DNA from: a virus
Lineage: Duplodnaviria > Caudoviricetes
IMG/VR virus record: IMGVR_UViG_2875535316_000001
Location: 30,697 to 94,696 of that record
Direction: 5' to 3' (one strand)
Length of the DNA: 64,000 nt
Position numbers and translations under genes: made by a program. The notes beneath the pieces were generated by a model. That model worked only from the letters and a program-made list of their open reading frames with translations, was not told the origin of the DNA and ran no database searches. Positions 49,754 through 58,891 of the stretch are shown piece by piece; within the stretch, counting starts at the first letter, position 1; each line of letters starts with the position of its first letter.

Positions 49754-50026
49754 TTAGAGGTTGAAGGCTTTCACCAAGCGGGCGTTTACCTGGTCATAGT
49801 CAGCGTCCGGCAGCACGCCGGACGCATACAGCCCCTGCAGGTAGCCCCGAAAGCGCTGCAGGTTGAAGCGGCCGGCCGTGGCGCCGTACTTGGCGTCGTG
49901 CTCGTAGTCGGCCAGGTAGTCTTCCAGGATTTCGCTGGCCAAGCCGCTGTCAGCAATGGCGCGCTGCACCTGGTTGAATACGGCCTCCAAGGCGTCAGCT
50001 TCTGGGGTAAGGGTGGCGGTACTCAT
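49754..50026 (-). CDS. Small hypothetical protein
   Basis: 90 aa, GGAGG RBS; GYLQGL..SGVL...DY motif. Confidence 0.6.
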   Translation of the reverse strand: MSTATLTPEADALEAVFNQVQRAIADSGLASEILEDYLADYEHDAKYGATAGRFNLQRFRGYLQGLYASGVLPDADYDQVNARLVKAFNL

Positions 50027-50041
50027 CGCGCGAACCTCCAG

Positions 50042-50296
50042 TTACTGCTCCAGCTCGACCATGCGAGCCGTAGCAACGTTGTCGATCAGCACATACAGGC
50101 GCTCAACGTCCGCCGCCGGTATGGCCTTGAGCAGCTCCAGGGCTTTCACCAACGCCTCGGTACCGGCCTGCAGGATCATGCAGTTGACCGGGGTGTCAGC
50201 CTTTTCAAGCCGCGCCAGTTCCTTGCGCAGCTCGACTTCGATAACGCCCGGCATCACCAGGCCGGGTACCAGCGCACCACCGTCGCGCCAGCTCAT
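50042..50296 (-). CDS. Small hypothetical protein
   Basis: 84 aa coupled ORF. Confidence 0.5.
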   Translation of the reverse strand: MSWRDGGALVPGLVMPGVIEVELRKELARLEKADTPVNCMILQAGTEALVKALELLKAIPAADVERLYVLIDNVATARMVELEQ

Positions 50297-50553
50297 TTCG
50301 GGGTATGCCTGATCAGGTCGGGCAGGCGCTCGAGGGTGCGGCGCAGTTCATCCCACGGGTGGCGGGCAAAGTCACGGTGGTTGCTGCAGCCCGCATAGGC
50401 ATGCGCAAACGGCTGGCCAGCATCAATGACGGACTGGTACGCACCACAGTCGCGGCAATGAATGTCGGTGCGCACGACTTCCCAGGCCTCATTGAACTTG
50501 CTCAACTCTTCGGCCAGGCAGTCCTGGGCAAACTTGAAATCGCGCTCGCTCAC
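50293..50553 (-). CDS. Small Cys/His protein
   Basis: CRDC...F.H...C...HPW. Confidence 0.55.
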   Translation of the reverse strand: MSERDFKFAQDCLAEELSKFNEAWEVVRTDIHCRDCGAYQSVIDAGQPFAHAYAGCSNHRDFARHPWDELRRTLERLPDLIRHTPK

Positions 50554-50843
50554 CGGCCCAGCCTCCGACGATATGACGCCGCCTTTCGTGCAAGCAGGTC
50601 GATCAGTTGCTGGCAGGTCGTCGCGCTCGCCTCCTGGCTGTTCTGCAGCGTGGCCACGTAGTCGACGGCGCGACGCTTGGCAGTATTCAGCACCCCGATC
50701 GGCGCCCCGCTCTGGACCTTCACAGCGGCCTCTTGCATTCCCTGCAGCTGATCAACGACAGAAACCTTCACCTCTGGGGGCAGCCCCATAGCGCTGATCT
50801 GAACAATGGCGCCGGCCAATTCGGCCATGTTTCGCTGAATCAT
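50550..50843 (-). CDS. Hypothetical protein
   Basis: 97 aa coupled ORF. Confidence 0.5.
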   Translation of the reverse strand: MIQRNMAELAGAIVQISAMGLPPEVKVSVVDQLQGMQEAAVKVQSGAPIGVLNTAKRRAVDYVATLQNSQEASATTCQQLIDLLARKAASYRRRLGR

Positions 50844-51097
50844 TGGTAGTCCTTATCGTTGATAGCGGGCAGTGGCGAACCTTGCGGAGCCATCATTACA
50901 TAGGGTGGAACGTTGGTCATTTTGCGGCTGACCGCCTGGGCATGGCGCACCAGCTGATAACCGGTGGCCAGCCCGCTGGTGAATAGCGCGCCTGCAGCGA
51001 TCAAGCGTAGCCAGAACCCATCGGCCAGCACGGCCACCGGCAGAATCACCGCCAGTGCAAGCATGCCCAGCTGGGCGCGGAAAAGGTGGCGGTGCAC
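50840..51097 (-). CDS. Small two-TM membrane protein
   Basis: AGGAG RBS, two hydrophobic helices. Confidence 0.55.
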   Translation of the reverse strand: MHRHLFRAQLGMLALAVILPVAVLADGFWLRLIAAGALFTSGLATGYQLVRHAQAVSRKMTNVPPYVMMAPQGSPLPAINDKDYQ

Positions 51098-51153
51098 GGG
51101 AGCTCCTGCTGCAGAAACGCGAAGGCCCCGACCGGGGTGGGCGGGGCCTTCGC

Positions 51154-51181
51154 ATTATAGGCGCGAACGCGCGTTCGCGCC
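51154..51181 (-). promoter_or_regulatory. Promoter (-10 TATAAT) with perfect 22-bp palindrome GGCGCGAACGCGCGTTCGCGCC
   Basis: Palindrome 51160-51181 abuts TATAAT (51154-51159). Confidence 0.7.
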
Positions 51182-51187
51182 ATAGCG

Positions 51188-51715
51188 CTACTGGATGCGA
51201 GCGCCTTCAATTTCCTCGACATGCGCCACCAGGTCAGGTACCGCGGCCGCTATCAGCATCAGCGCCCCTACCTTGCGTGGGTGGCCACCGCAGACAATAC
51301 CCGTCACGTCCTGCAGCTCGTGCGCCAGCTCTTTGATATGGCTCAAAGGCTCTTGCCCATAGGTGCGCAGCGGCGCGTCTGGATCGAAGGTCAGCCGCAC
51401 CTTGGCGAGCTCGTCCTGCAGCGCCTTGACGTGCACCTCTAAGGCTACGTCGAGACGGCCGGCAGGCTGGCTGTAACCGTCCTGCTCTGCCAGCACGTCG
51501 TTGAGGCTGATCACGCTGGCCTGCAGCGCCTCCAGGTCGTCGATCGCCGGTAGAGCTTCACGGCGCAGCGCCGTGGACAGCTGGCGCAAGGTCATGGTGC
51601 CCTCGCCCGGTACCGGTACCGTCACCCGGGGCGATTCGAGCAAGGCCTCAATGGCCAGGCCCACCAGCAGCGTCAGCCGGCTTTCTCCCGATTGGGGTGG
51701 TTTTTTTCTAGCCAT
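51188..51715 (-). CDS. Hypothetical protein
   Basis: 175 aa, AGGAGG RBS. Confidence 0.6.
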   Translation of the reverse strand: MARKKPPQSGESRLTLLVGLAIEALLESPRVTVPVPGEGTMTLRQLSTALRREALPAIDDLEALQASVISLNDVLAEQDGYSQPAGRLDVALEVHVKALQDELAKVRLTFDPDAPLRTYGQEPLSHIKELAHELQDVTGIVCGGHPRKVGALMLIAAAVPDLVAHVEEIEGARIQ

Positions 51716-52349
51716 TGTCTTCCTCCTGGTTCAACCAGGCCGGGGGTAGCGGCACCAGATTTCCTTCTTTTAGCTCACGCACTGCCTGTTCCAGGCGGTA
51801 CATGACATGCCAGGTGGCCAAGTCCTGTTCCGACATGCCCGACGTACCTGGTGCAGGTTCAGGTTCTGAATGTTCTTCCCTGAACTGGTCCATGATGGAG
51901 CGGATTGTTAACACTGCAGCGGTCACGCCAGCTACATAGGTCAGGGCTTCACCGCCAACATGGTCCAATGGCCAGGCATTCAAAAGGCGATCGCCAGCGT
52001 ACTCGAGCACAGGCGCGCCGTTCTCGTCATACCGCCACTTACCGTCCTTATCGTAGGTGGCCAGGCTTGTTCTCACGTCCCGTTCACCGCACCAGTTGTC
52101 GATATGGCGAATGGCGTACAGGCCTGACTTCACGGCCTCTGGCTCTGGCGCAGCGGCAGCTATCACGCCGAATCGTGCCTCCCACAACTCCCAAAGCTCC
52201 TGCACATCAGGCCAGTAGCGGTTGTCATCGTCAGGGTTCCGCTTGAGAAGCCCCAGCATGGTTTCTTCGCTCATTGCCTCCCCATTTACGGGGTCAACGC
52301 CGCGGCTTTGGGCGTACCAAGCCTCGAAGTCTTTTCGGTCGTTGTTCAT
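51708..52349 (-). CDS. Hypothetical phage protein
   Basis: MNNDRKDFEAW...WELWEAR motif. Confidence 0.6.
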   Translation of the reverse strand: MNNDRKDFEAWYAQSRGVDPVNGEAMSEETMLGLLKRNPDDDNRYWPDVQELWELWEARFGVIAAAAPEPEAVKSGLYAIRHIDNWCGERDVRTSLATYDKDGKWRYDENGAPVLEYAGDRLLNAWPLDHVGGEALTYVAGVTAAVLTIRSIMDQFREEHSEPEPAPGTSGMSEQDLATWHVMYRLEQAVRELKEGNLVPLPPAWLNQEEDNG

Positions 52350-52840
52350 TCGGCGCTCCAAGGAATCAATGGGGTGGCGTAGGCGAGCATTTGCGGGTGC
52401 AGGGGCTGACCACCGGCAGTGACACCGAAGTGTTTTACAGGCTTTCCGCTGGCCACCAGGCGCGCCAGGACGTTGTCCAGTTCGTCGCGCAGGTGTCGCG
52501 GGATCTTGGTGCTGGCACCCCAGCAAGGCACCAGCACGTCGGCGTCAGCAATGATCTGATCGAAGTGCTCCGCCCAGTCAGGGCCCTTGGCTGTCGCCAC
52601 GGTATGAGCCGCCAGGCGCTTCACGTCCTTGGAACAGAAACCGAACACGTTGCCGACGATGAATCGGCGGCCGCCGTTGCGCTGGGTGAAGCCGATCCAC
52701 TTGCGCACGGTCGCGTCATTCTCGACGGCATCAGCGGTTGAGGGGTTGATACCAAAGTAGGCGTAGGTGATGCCTTCCGGCTGCACTTCACGTTCCAGGC
52801 GGTACCGGTAGAGTTCGCAGGGACTGAAAATGGCGCTCAT
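52346..52840 (-). CDS. DUF1643 family protein
   Basis: SAIFSPC..YRYRL.R...NPSTAD...D.T...WG...P.HP. Confidence 0.85.
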   Translation of the reverse strand: MSAIFSPCELYRYRLEREVQPEGITYAYFGINPSTADAVENDATVRKWIGFTQRNGGRRFIVGNVFGFCSKDVKRLAAHTVATAKGPDWAEHFDQIIADADVLVPCWGASTKIPRHLRDELDNVLARLVASGKPVKHFGVTAGGQPLHPQMLAYATPLIPWSAE

Positions 52841-53145
52841 GCTGCCACCCGCTCAGGCCGGAATACGCAATTGCCGTCCTCGTTGAAATCGGCAATCACT
52901 TTCCCCTCTTCGTCGAAGTACTTGATATTCCAGGTCGGGTGGCAGTTGACTGGCTTGGGGCCGCGGCGCATCTGGTTGGCGTAAGTCACGCCCAGGTTAG
53001 CGCCGATCATTTTGGTGATGGTGCCAATGTGCCCATTCACCTCCACCTGCATACCCAGGCGGGCGAACTCGATGCCGCGCATGCGCACCATTTCGTCGAC
53101 AAAGTGCTGTTGCTTGGCTGTGAGTGCTTCTGTCTTGCTGGTCAT
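52837..53145 (-). CDS. Hypothetical phage protein
   Basis: GM.VEV.G..G.I...NCHPTW..KY motif. Confidence 0.6.
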   Translation of the reverse strand: MTSKTEALTAKQQHFVDEMVRMRGIEFARLGMQVEVNGHIGTITKMIGANLGVTYANQMRRGPKPVNCHPTWNIKYFDEEGKVIADFNEDGNCVFRPERVAA

Positions 53146-53176
53146 AGTTGTAATCCGGTGCTGAATGCGTGTGTGA

Positions 53177-54067
53177 TTAAAACCAGGTGTCGCTTTCCGG
53201 CTCAGGCTCTGGGGCCGGGGCGGCGTTGTTCTGCAGATAGTCCTGGGCCAATTTGATGCTGTAGATGGCGGCCTGACCGCCAGTGACCCAGTGATCAGTT
53301 ACCCAACGGTAACGGCCAGTCTCGAAGGTGCACCAGCCCTTGCGCGCCACAAGCTTGAACGCGAATAGGGCCAGGTCACTCTCCAGGCGAAAATGAGTAG
53401 CGCCCAGGGCCATGTTTTCGGCCAAGGCCGCGGCGTGGGATTGGTTCAGGCCAGCGGGCAGTGGCTGCCCTTGATAGTCGATCGGCGCCGCCAAGTTGCG
53501 GTTGCGGGCGTCGATCTGCAGGTCTGTCAGGTTGCGTACCGGGCTACCGCAGTAGCCTTCCGGCAGCTTGTCGGCCTTTTTGGCTGGCACACGGAATGGC
53601 TTTGGCTTGGCCAGCGGCCCATTGAATTCAGCGGGGGTGCGCTTTGGGGGGCTGGCCACCGGCGCCGGGGCTGCTGGCAACTCTTTAGCAGGCTCGGGCG
53701 CTGGCTCAAAGTCGGCCGCTGGGGTTGGCGCCGGTTCCGGTACCGGCTCAGGTGCTGGTGCCTCTACCGGCTGAGCAACTGGCGCGGGCACGGTCACCAG
53801 TTGCGGCCGCGGGCGGCGGCGGGTCAGCTCCGGGCGTTCCTCCAGCGGGCGAAAATCAGGCTCGTCGGCGCCGAAGTAGATGCTTCCCACCGTGCGCCCC
53901 GAATCGCTCTGGTCTTCCGCCCAGGCCACCAGCGCCAGCCCGCGGGCCACCAGCAGGTTGAGGTTGTCCTGGCCGCAACGGGCCATCAGGGCGTCCAGCT
54001 TGCGCTTGCTCTCTTCGCCCATGGAGAAATTGAAGTCGTGACGGGTTGGCTTTTCGGCGGCGTTCAT
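53177..54067 (-). CDS. Hypothetical protein, RHH-like N-terminus with Pro/Ala linker
   Basis: Start MNAAEKP. Confidence 0.55.
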   Translation of the reverse strand: MNAAEKPTRHDFNFSMGEESKRKLDALMARCGQDNLNLLVARGLALVAWAEDQSDSGRTVGSIYFGADEPDFRPLEERPELTRRRPRPQLVTVPAPVAQPVEAPAPEPVPEPAPTPAADFEPAPEPAKELPAAPAPVASPPKRTPAEFNGPLAKPKPFRVPAKKADKLPEGYCGSPVRNLTDLQIDARNRNLAAPIDYQGQPLPAGLNQSHAAALAENMALGATHFRLESDLALFAFKLVARKGWCTFETGRYRWVTDHWVTGGQAAIYSIKLAQDYLQNNAAPAPEPEPESDTWF

Positions 54068-54148
54068 TGGGCCACCTTGCCGGGCTTGCCCGGGCATTGC
54101 AGAAGGTTCGGCATGGGGTGATTCCTGTATCTGGCTGATTGCCCGACC

Positions 54149-54201
54149 ATCATACACGAACGCGCGTTCGCGCCAACACGTTTACGCGCGAACGCGCGTT
54201 T
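54149..54201 (-). promoter_or_regulatory. Promoter with AACGCGCGTT operator repeats
   Basis: TTGGCG...TATGAT; 43-bp block nearly identical to 58326-58368. Confidence 0.7.
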
Positions 54202-54245
54202 GATTGATGGCCGGCACCAGCTCATGGGCACCGGCCATACCCCGC

Positions 54246-54875
54246 CTACGGGAGATTGGTCCTCCTGCACTTGGGGCAACCGGCCCCGACTTGGTGGCGG
54301 TTGATGAATACGCCGCAGTACCCGCAGCGAAACGTCGACTGGACGCGGGCCGGCTTGGCCAGCACCACACCGGTACCCTGCAACGCTATCCCGATTTGCA
54401 CCGCGCCCGACGGCACCACTTTGCGCGCCAGCTGCTCGGCTACAGCGGCCGGCACCAGGCACACATTGTGGTGCCCGGGCTTGGCCATTGACCGGGCAAT
54501 GCCGATCGGGAACGCATGGGCCCGGGCAAAGTTGCTGGTGATGTTGCCGTTGTCGGTCAGCCAGTACAGGTCGTTCCCGTTCCAAGCCTTGTTCGCATAC
54601 AGGTAGCCGCGCTGCGCCGTCTGCAGGCCTTCCTCGACCGCCTCCTGACGAAGGTACTGGCAATCAACCGCAGTTTCGGCGTGCTGCTCCAGATAGGCCA
54701 GCGGCCAGGGGATGTTGGTTTCGCGGCTGATGTTCCGTGCCTGGGCGGCTTCCTGCGTCCAATGCTCGGCCTTGTCCAAGTCGGTGGTGTAACCCCGCCC
54801 GTCCTTCGCCCAGAACGACATGCGATCGCCTATCAGGCTGCGCCCGTCCTGAATCACCCACACTGCAGCGCTCAC
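54246..54875 (-). CDS. Hypothetical phage protein
   Basis: FWA..G.GYTTDL.KA; C-terminal CxxC..CxxC. Confidence 0.65.
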   Translation of the reverse strand: MSAAVWVIQDGRSLIGDRMSFWAKDGRGYTTDLDKAEHWTQEAAQARNISRETNIPWPLAYLEQHAETAVDCQYLRQEAVEEGLQTAQRGYLYANKAWNGNDLYWLTDNGNITSNFARAHAFPIGIARSMAKPGHHNVCLVPAAVAEQLARKVVPSGAVQIGIALQGTGVVLAKPARVQSTFRCGYCGVFINRHQVGAGCPKCRRTNLP

Positions 54876-55288
54876 AAGCCACCCCCTACCAGCACCTTGG
54901 GCACCTGGACAGTCTCGCCGCGGTGCAAGAGAACAATGGCCCGGCAGAGCGCAACCAGGATCGAATCACCGCCGGCCAGGCGCATCAACAATGGCCCATC
55001 TTTGTAGGCGAACGTCCGCCACTCACCATCCGCACCAATGTGCTTGTTGTGGCCGAATGACTTGCAGTGCCGATCCGCCAGCGGGCCGCCAAGCGCCCAG
55101 TCTTCTTGGGGGTTGTATCGCTCAATGCGGCTTACCACCTGGCCACCGCGGCGGTAGTACACGCGCCAGTCGGTAAGGTAGTCGCGCGGGCCGTCCAGGG
55201 ACAGCTCCACGCCTTCAATCTCGCCCACCGCCCACGCCAGCGCCTCGCCGGCCAGGTGTGCCGCCGGCACTTCGATCAGCTCATGCAC
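54872..55288 (-). CDS. NinX/DUF2591-like protein
   Basis: L.G.AL.WAV...Y.P..DW..GGPL...G...L.A.CRAIV. Confidence 0.75.
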   Translation of the reverse strand: MHELIEVPAAHLAGEALAWAVGEIEGVELSLDGPRDYLTDWRVYYRRGGQVVSRIERYNPQEDWALGGPLADRHCKSFGHNKHIGADGEWRTFAYKDGPLLMRLAGGDSILVALCRAIVLLHRGETVQVPKVLVGGGL

Positions 55289-55707
55289 GGCAGCACCTCG
55301 TCGGGCACGTCAAAGAAGCCCAGCTGCCCCTTGAGCGGTATGAACGGCAGCGGGCGAGGATCGCGCAGCACGAACCCCTTTTCGCCCATGTACCAATCCG
55401 AATCACTGTCATCGACGCTATCGACCAGCTCGACGGAGCCGATAATGCCGCCGCGTTGCAGTTCCTCCATGGGGGGAGCGATAACGCCCAGGTGTACCGC
55501 GAAGTCGTAGGCGGTCCAGTATTCTTGCCGCGTCAGCCCCTTGGAGGCGTGCACCAGAAAGCGCCCGCGAAAGTTCGTGTGCCAGGTGCGGTTTTCCAGG
55601 TCTTTGATTTCCCCCGACGCGGTGGCGATCTTTCGCGCCATCACACCGGTCAGGTCAGGGCGAATGATCATCCAGGCCCACGGCTGTTTAATGGCCAACG
55701 CTTTCAT
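55276..55707 (-). CDS. ASCH-domain protein
   Basis: KALAIKQPWA..I...KDLENRTW...RG..LVHAS...KGQLGFF. Confidence 0.85.
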   Translation of the reverse strand: MKALAIKQPWAWMIIRPDLTGVMARKIATASGEIKDLENRTWHTNFRGRFLVHASKGLTRQEYWTAYDFAVHLGVIAPPMEELQRGGIIGSVELVDSVDDSDSDWYMGEKGFVLRDPRPLPFIPLKGQLGFFDVPDEVLPCMS

Positions 55708-56363
55708 AGCTCGATCCTTTTGAACTCAATCACCCACACCCACGGGTTCGCCGCCCACATAAAGCCGGTGCGCATCGACTCCCACAGCATGTAAAACGCT
55801 TCGCGGGCGTCGGCGGTACCGCGCCCCTTGTATTCGTCACCCTCGGTAATGACGTACTTGCGCAGCCTGGCGTCGTAGAACATGCCTTCTGCCTTGGCTT
55901 GCTCGGCGTCGATCGCCTGCAGGCGCTTGGCTTGCACGCTGACAATCTCCAGGATCAGGCGGGCGTGCTCCAGGGGCATAGCGTCTGCGTCCTCCCACTG
56001 GGGGCGACACATGCACGGCGGTACCGCAGCTTTGAAGTACTCCGCAATCCAGTCACCGTCGGCCAGATAGGTGAGCGCGCCGCCATGCTTGTTCCAGGGC
56101 TCTTGCACGAAAAGGCGATCACCAGGTACGCCGAAAGGGCACTCCCACACGGGCGGCTGCTGGCCGGCCACGGGGTAGCACCCTTGGGGATCATTCACAT
56201 ACCAGGTATTGGGGTGGCCACGGCCGGCGCCGTTCTCCATGGTCACCAGGCCATTGATCGGCTGGGGCAGGACCGGCACCCGGAAGGTCGTTTTGCGACC
56301 CTCCTGAGTGGCGGTAGCCATTGCAGCGGACATAACGACCGGGCGTAGGCTCAGTTCCTTCAC
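55704..56363 (-). CDS. ASCH-like phage protein
   Basis: GRKTTFR..CPFG..GDRL.V.E...RLQ.I...A.AEG...NPWVWVIEFK. Confidence 0.75.
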   Translation of the reverse strand: MKELSLRPVVMSAAMATATQEGRKTTFRVPVLPQPINGLVTMENGAGRGHPNTWYVNDPQGCYPVAGQQPPVWECPFGVPGDRLFVQEPWNKHGGALTYLADGDWIAEYFKAAVPPCMCRPQWEDADAMPLEHARLILEIVSVQAKRLQAIDAEQAKAEGMFYDARLRKYVITEGDEYKGRGTADAREAFYMLWESMRTGFMWAANPWVWVIEFKRIEL

Positions 56364-56656
56364 TGGCTTACCTCGGGACTTCCGTGGGTGTGCCCCCTTG
56401 CAGCAGCCAGCGCCAGAATGCTTTCAAGGCGTTCCTCGGTACCGGTGATAGTCACCTGGTTCGCAGAAGCCTGCTCGAGCGTGTCCAGCATCAGTTCCAG
56501 TCGATCGGCGCGGGTAACCTTCTCCACGACCGCGGCCGCGATGAAGTTTTCGACCGTCCGGCTGTCGGCCGCGGCCAGGGCCTGCACCTTGGTCAGCACG
56601 TCGACCGGCAGGAAGATGCCCAGCGGGCCGGCGGTAAGCTTGGTGTTAACGGTCAT
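56360..56656 (-). CDS. CopG/RHH-like small regulator
   Basis: IFLP.DV..KV..LA..D.RTVENFI. Confidence 0.55.
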   Translation of the reverse strand: MTVNTKLTAGPLGIFLPVDVLTKVQALAAADSRTVENFIAAAVVEKVTRADRLELMLDTLEQASANQVTITGTEERLESILALAAARGHTHGSPEVSQ

Positions 56657-57005
56657 TTTTGGCCTCCGCCTGGCGGGCGCGGTGCGCTGCAGCATCGGCC
56701 GGGCTGGCCAAGTCGAAGTGCGGCACAGTCTCGCCGTCCGGGGTGACGATCGACAGCGTGTGCATCTGCAGGCCGCCCAAGGTCAGGTCACAGCCCTTGC
56801 CCTGGATGAAACGGCCAATGCACGAGGTGCCCAGGCGGAACTGCAGGTCATCCATTTCGTCGCCAATGCCGGCGTCAATGAAATCGCGGCCGCTCTGCAG
56901 CGTCTTGCACTGAGGACAGACAAACACCACGTCTTCACGGGTGGCGGCCTGCGCCTTGTATTCCTCCTGGAACTGCTCCAGAGAGATTTCACGACGCCCG
57001 TTCAT
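56646..57005 (-). CDS. VVA0879-like Cys protein
   Basis: FVCPQC...SCIGRF...GCD.TLGGL. Confidence 0.65.
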   Translation of the reverse strand: MNGRREISLEQFQEEYKAQAATREDVVFVCPQCKTLQSGRDFIDAGIGDEMDDLQFRLGTSCIGRFIQGKGCDLTLGGLQMHTLSIVTPDGETVPHFDLASPADAAAHRARQAEAKNDR

Positions 57006-57649
57006 GCTGCACGCTCGCTTTCTTTTTCGATGGTGATGGGCAGCAGGCGCGCAGCCGCGCGGCACGCCTCCATTTGATCCTCGGGGTAGCCCCAGACATT
57101 GCCTTTGCCGAAGGTGCGCTGAATGCCGATGAAGTGCATGCCGATACGGTCACCCTTCATCACGTAATCGCGCATCATCGTCACCAGGTCACGCAGCGTG
57201 CCCCCGTGGCCGAAGCCCTCCCAGCTGCCATTGGTGCGCAGCACCACCTTGTTGCCCGACTTCTCGTCGATCAGGTACACGGTACCGTCGTACACCAGCT
57301 GGGCCACGCGGTCGTTCTTGGCGTTGAAGAAGAAGCACCGGCCGTGCTGGGAAATCACCTCAATCAGCTGGTTGGCGTAGAAGCACCGCACCTGCTTGGC
57401 GAACTCGTGTTTGCCGGTTTCGTGCAGCTTGGCGTCGGTGAAGGTCTTGGCCAGCATGCCGCACAGGGTGGACATGGTTTCCATCGAATTGACGGCAGCA
57501 GCGTCAGGGCCTACGGCCAGTTCAGCCTTGAGGCCGGTGCGCCGGTGCTCGAGCGTCAGCAAATGACCGTCGGTGGTCTTCTTTGAAGACAAGGCGAAGC
57601 GCTCGGGGTCGAGCATGCCAGTGATCCAGTCGATTCCATTAGTGTGCAT
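57002..57649 (-). CDS. Hypothetical protein
   Basis: W.GF.HGGTLR.LV...WGY motif. Confidence 0.6.
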   Translation of the reverse strand: MHTNGIDWITGMLDPERFALSSKKTTDGHLLTLEHRRTGLKAELAVGPDAAAVNSMETMSTLCGMLAKTFTDAKLHETGKHEFAKQVRCFYANQLIEVISQHGRCFFFNAKNDRVAQLVYDGTVYLIDEKSGNKVVLRTNGSWEGFGHGGTLRDLVTMMRDYVMKGDRIGMHFIGIQRTFGKGNVWGYPEDQMEACRAAARLLPITIEKESERAA

Positions 57650-57932
57650 AGCGTGCCTCGAACATCCGGTTGTAATTTGTCTGGTGCTGCATGTGGCCAC
57701 TCAGCCCACTCACAGCATTGGCGCAGGCCAAGCGATACCCGGCCTCCCCCGTTTCAATTCCGCCCCGCCCGACCGTCATGGCGCCGGTGGGCAGGTGGTG
57801 GGCAACGGCCACAAAGTTGGTCGCTTCCTCCCCCATCAGCTCATTGCTGGTGAAGCTGACGGTGAACACCACCACCCCACAGGGGGTCTTGTCGGTCGAG
57901 CGGTTCAGTGCGGTGTCGCTGTTCCAGTTCAT
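57639..57932 (-). CDS. Hypothetical protein
   Basis: ATGA-coupled start MNWNSD. Confidence 0.45.
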   Translation of the reverse strand: MNWNSDTALNRSTDKTPCGVVVFTVSFTSNELMGEEATNFVAVAHHLPTGAMTVGRGGIETGEAGYRLACANAVSGLSGHMQHQTNYNRMFEARYAH

Positions 57933-58291
57933 AGGTGCCCCAGCTCCGGCCGCACCGGCCGACCTATGTACTTCTCCAGGCGCTTGGCCACCATGTTGGC
58001 CAGTTCGATCAGGCCGCGGCGCTTTGTCGGCGGCGCCAGCTCGATCAGGTGCGTGCCCTCCAGCGATTCCACCAGCAGCTCGACATTGCGAGGCGTTGCC
58101 GGGATAGCCTGGCCAGCCTTCAAGGCCTCGGTGATGGCCTGGGCGGCATCGGCCCAACTCTCGGGCTCGAAGCCCGCCGGCGGGTTGTACTCGTAGGTGT
58201 CTGCCAGTAGTTCGGCATTCCCCAGGAAGCGCATACGGGCGGCGAGTAGCTCCGCCGCCATGGCGCTGAAAAAGATCGGTTGCATGTGCAT
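57929..58291 (-). CDS. Hypothetical protein
   Basis: GAGG RBS before MHMQP; first gene after promoter. Confidence 0.55.
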   Translation of the reverse strand: MHMQPIFFSAMAAELLAARMRFLGNAELLADTYEYNPPAGFEPESWADAAQAITEALKAGQAIPATPRNVELLVESLEGTHLIELAPPTKRRGLIELANMVAKRLEKYIGRPVRPELGHL

Positions 58292-58314
58292 ACCTCTGGC
58301 TGATTTGCCGGGGC

Positions 58315-58368
58315 ATGATTGCATAAACGCGCGTTCGCGCCAACCTGTTTACGCGCGTTCGCGCGTTT
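58315..58368 (-). promoter_or_regulatory. Promoter with AACGCGCGTT operator repeats
   Basis: Near-duplicate of 54159-54201. Confidence 0.65.
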
Positions 58369-58486
58369 ATCTCGTCATCAACCGTCATCCCGCTCCTACA
58401 GGTGCAGCCCATATAATCCGGGGCTTGCAGGGTTTTCTCGGGGGTAATTTGGCCGTTCCGCTCCCACAGGGTTTTGCTTGCAAGGC

Positions 58487-58891
58487 TCAATGGTGGGCCT
58501 CCTGGTACTGCTGACTTTGGTACCACTTCGCCAGCAGGCCGCGGACACCAGGTGGCACTGTCAGCTGCGCCCGCTCCACCAGCTGCGCGCAGGCCTCGAC
58601 CAGCTCGATTTCACGGCCATACGTGGCGATGAACCGCGCCTTGTCGCCATGCACCGCCAGCAGCCCGGGGGCGCCGTGCCCGTCCTGGTGGTGGCCAGCG
58701 CACAGCGGCAGCACGTAGTAATGGGCGTGGGCCTTGGTACGGCCGTCGCAGTGGTGAATCGAGACGTGCGGGGGCAGCGTGTAATCCCGCGGCCGGCCGT
58801 CGAGCAAGCAGCAGATGCACCCGCAAATCTCGGCCACGTCGTCGTGCCAGCGCTTTTCGACCTGGGTGACTGTGCGTCCTCCGAACGTCAT
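58487..58891 (-). CDS. ref: Ref-family recombination enhancement HNH nuclease
   Basis: GCICC...IHHCDGRTK..H..VLPLC..HHQ.G...VH..K.RF...YG.E. Confidence 0.8.
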   Translation of the reverse strand: MTFGGRTVTQVEKRWHDDVAEICGCICCLLDGRPRDYTLPPHVSIHHCDGRTKAHAHYYVLPLCAGHHQDGHGAPGLLAVHGDKARFIATYGREIELVEACAQLVERAQLTVPPGVRGLLAKWYQSQQYQEAHH

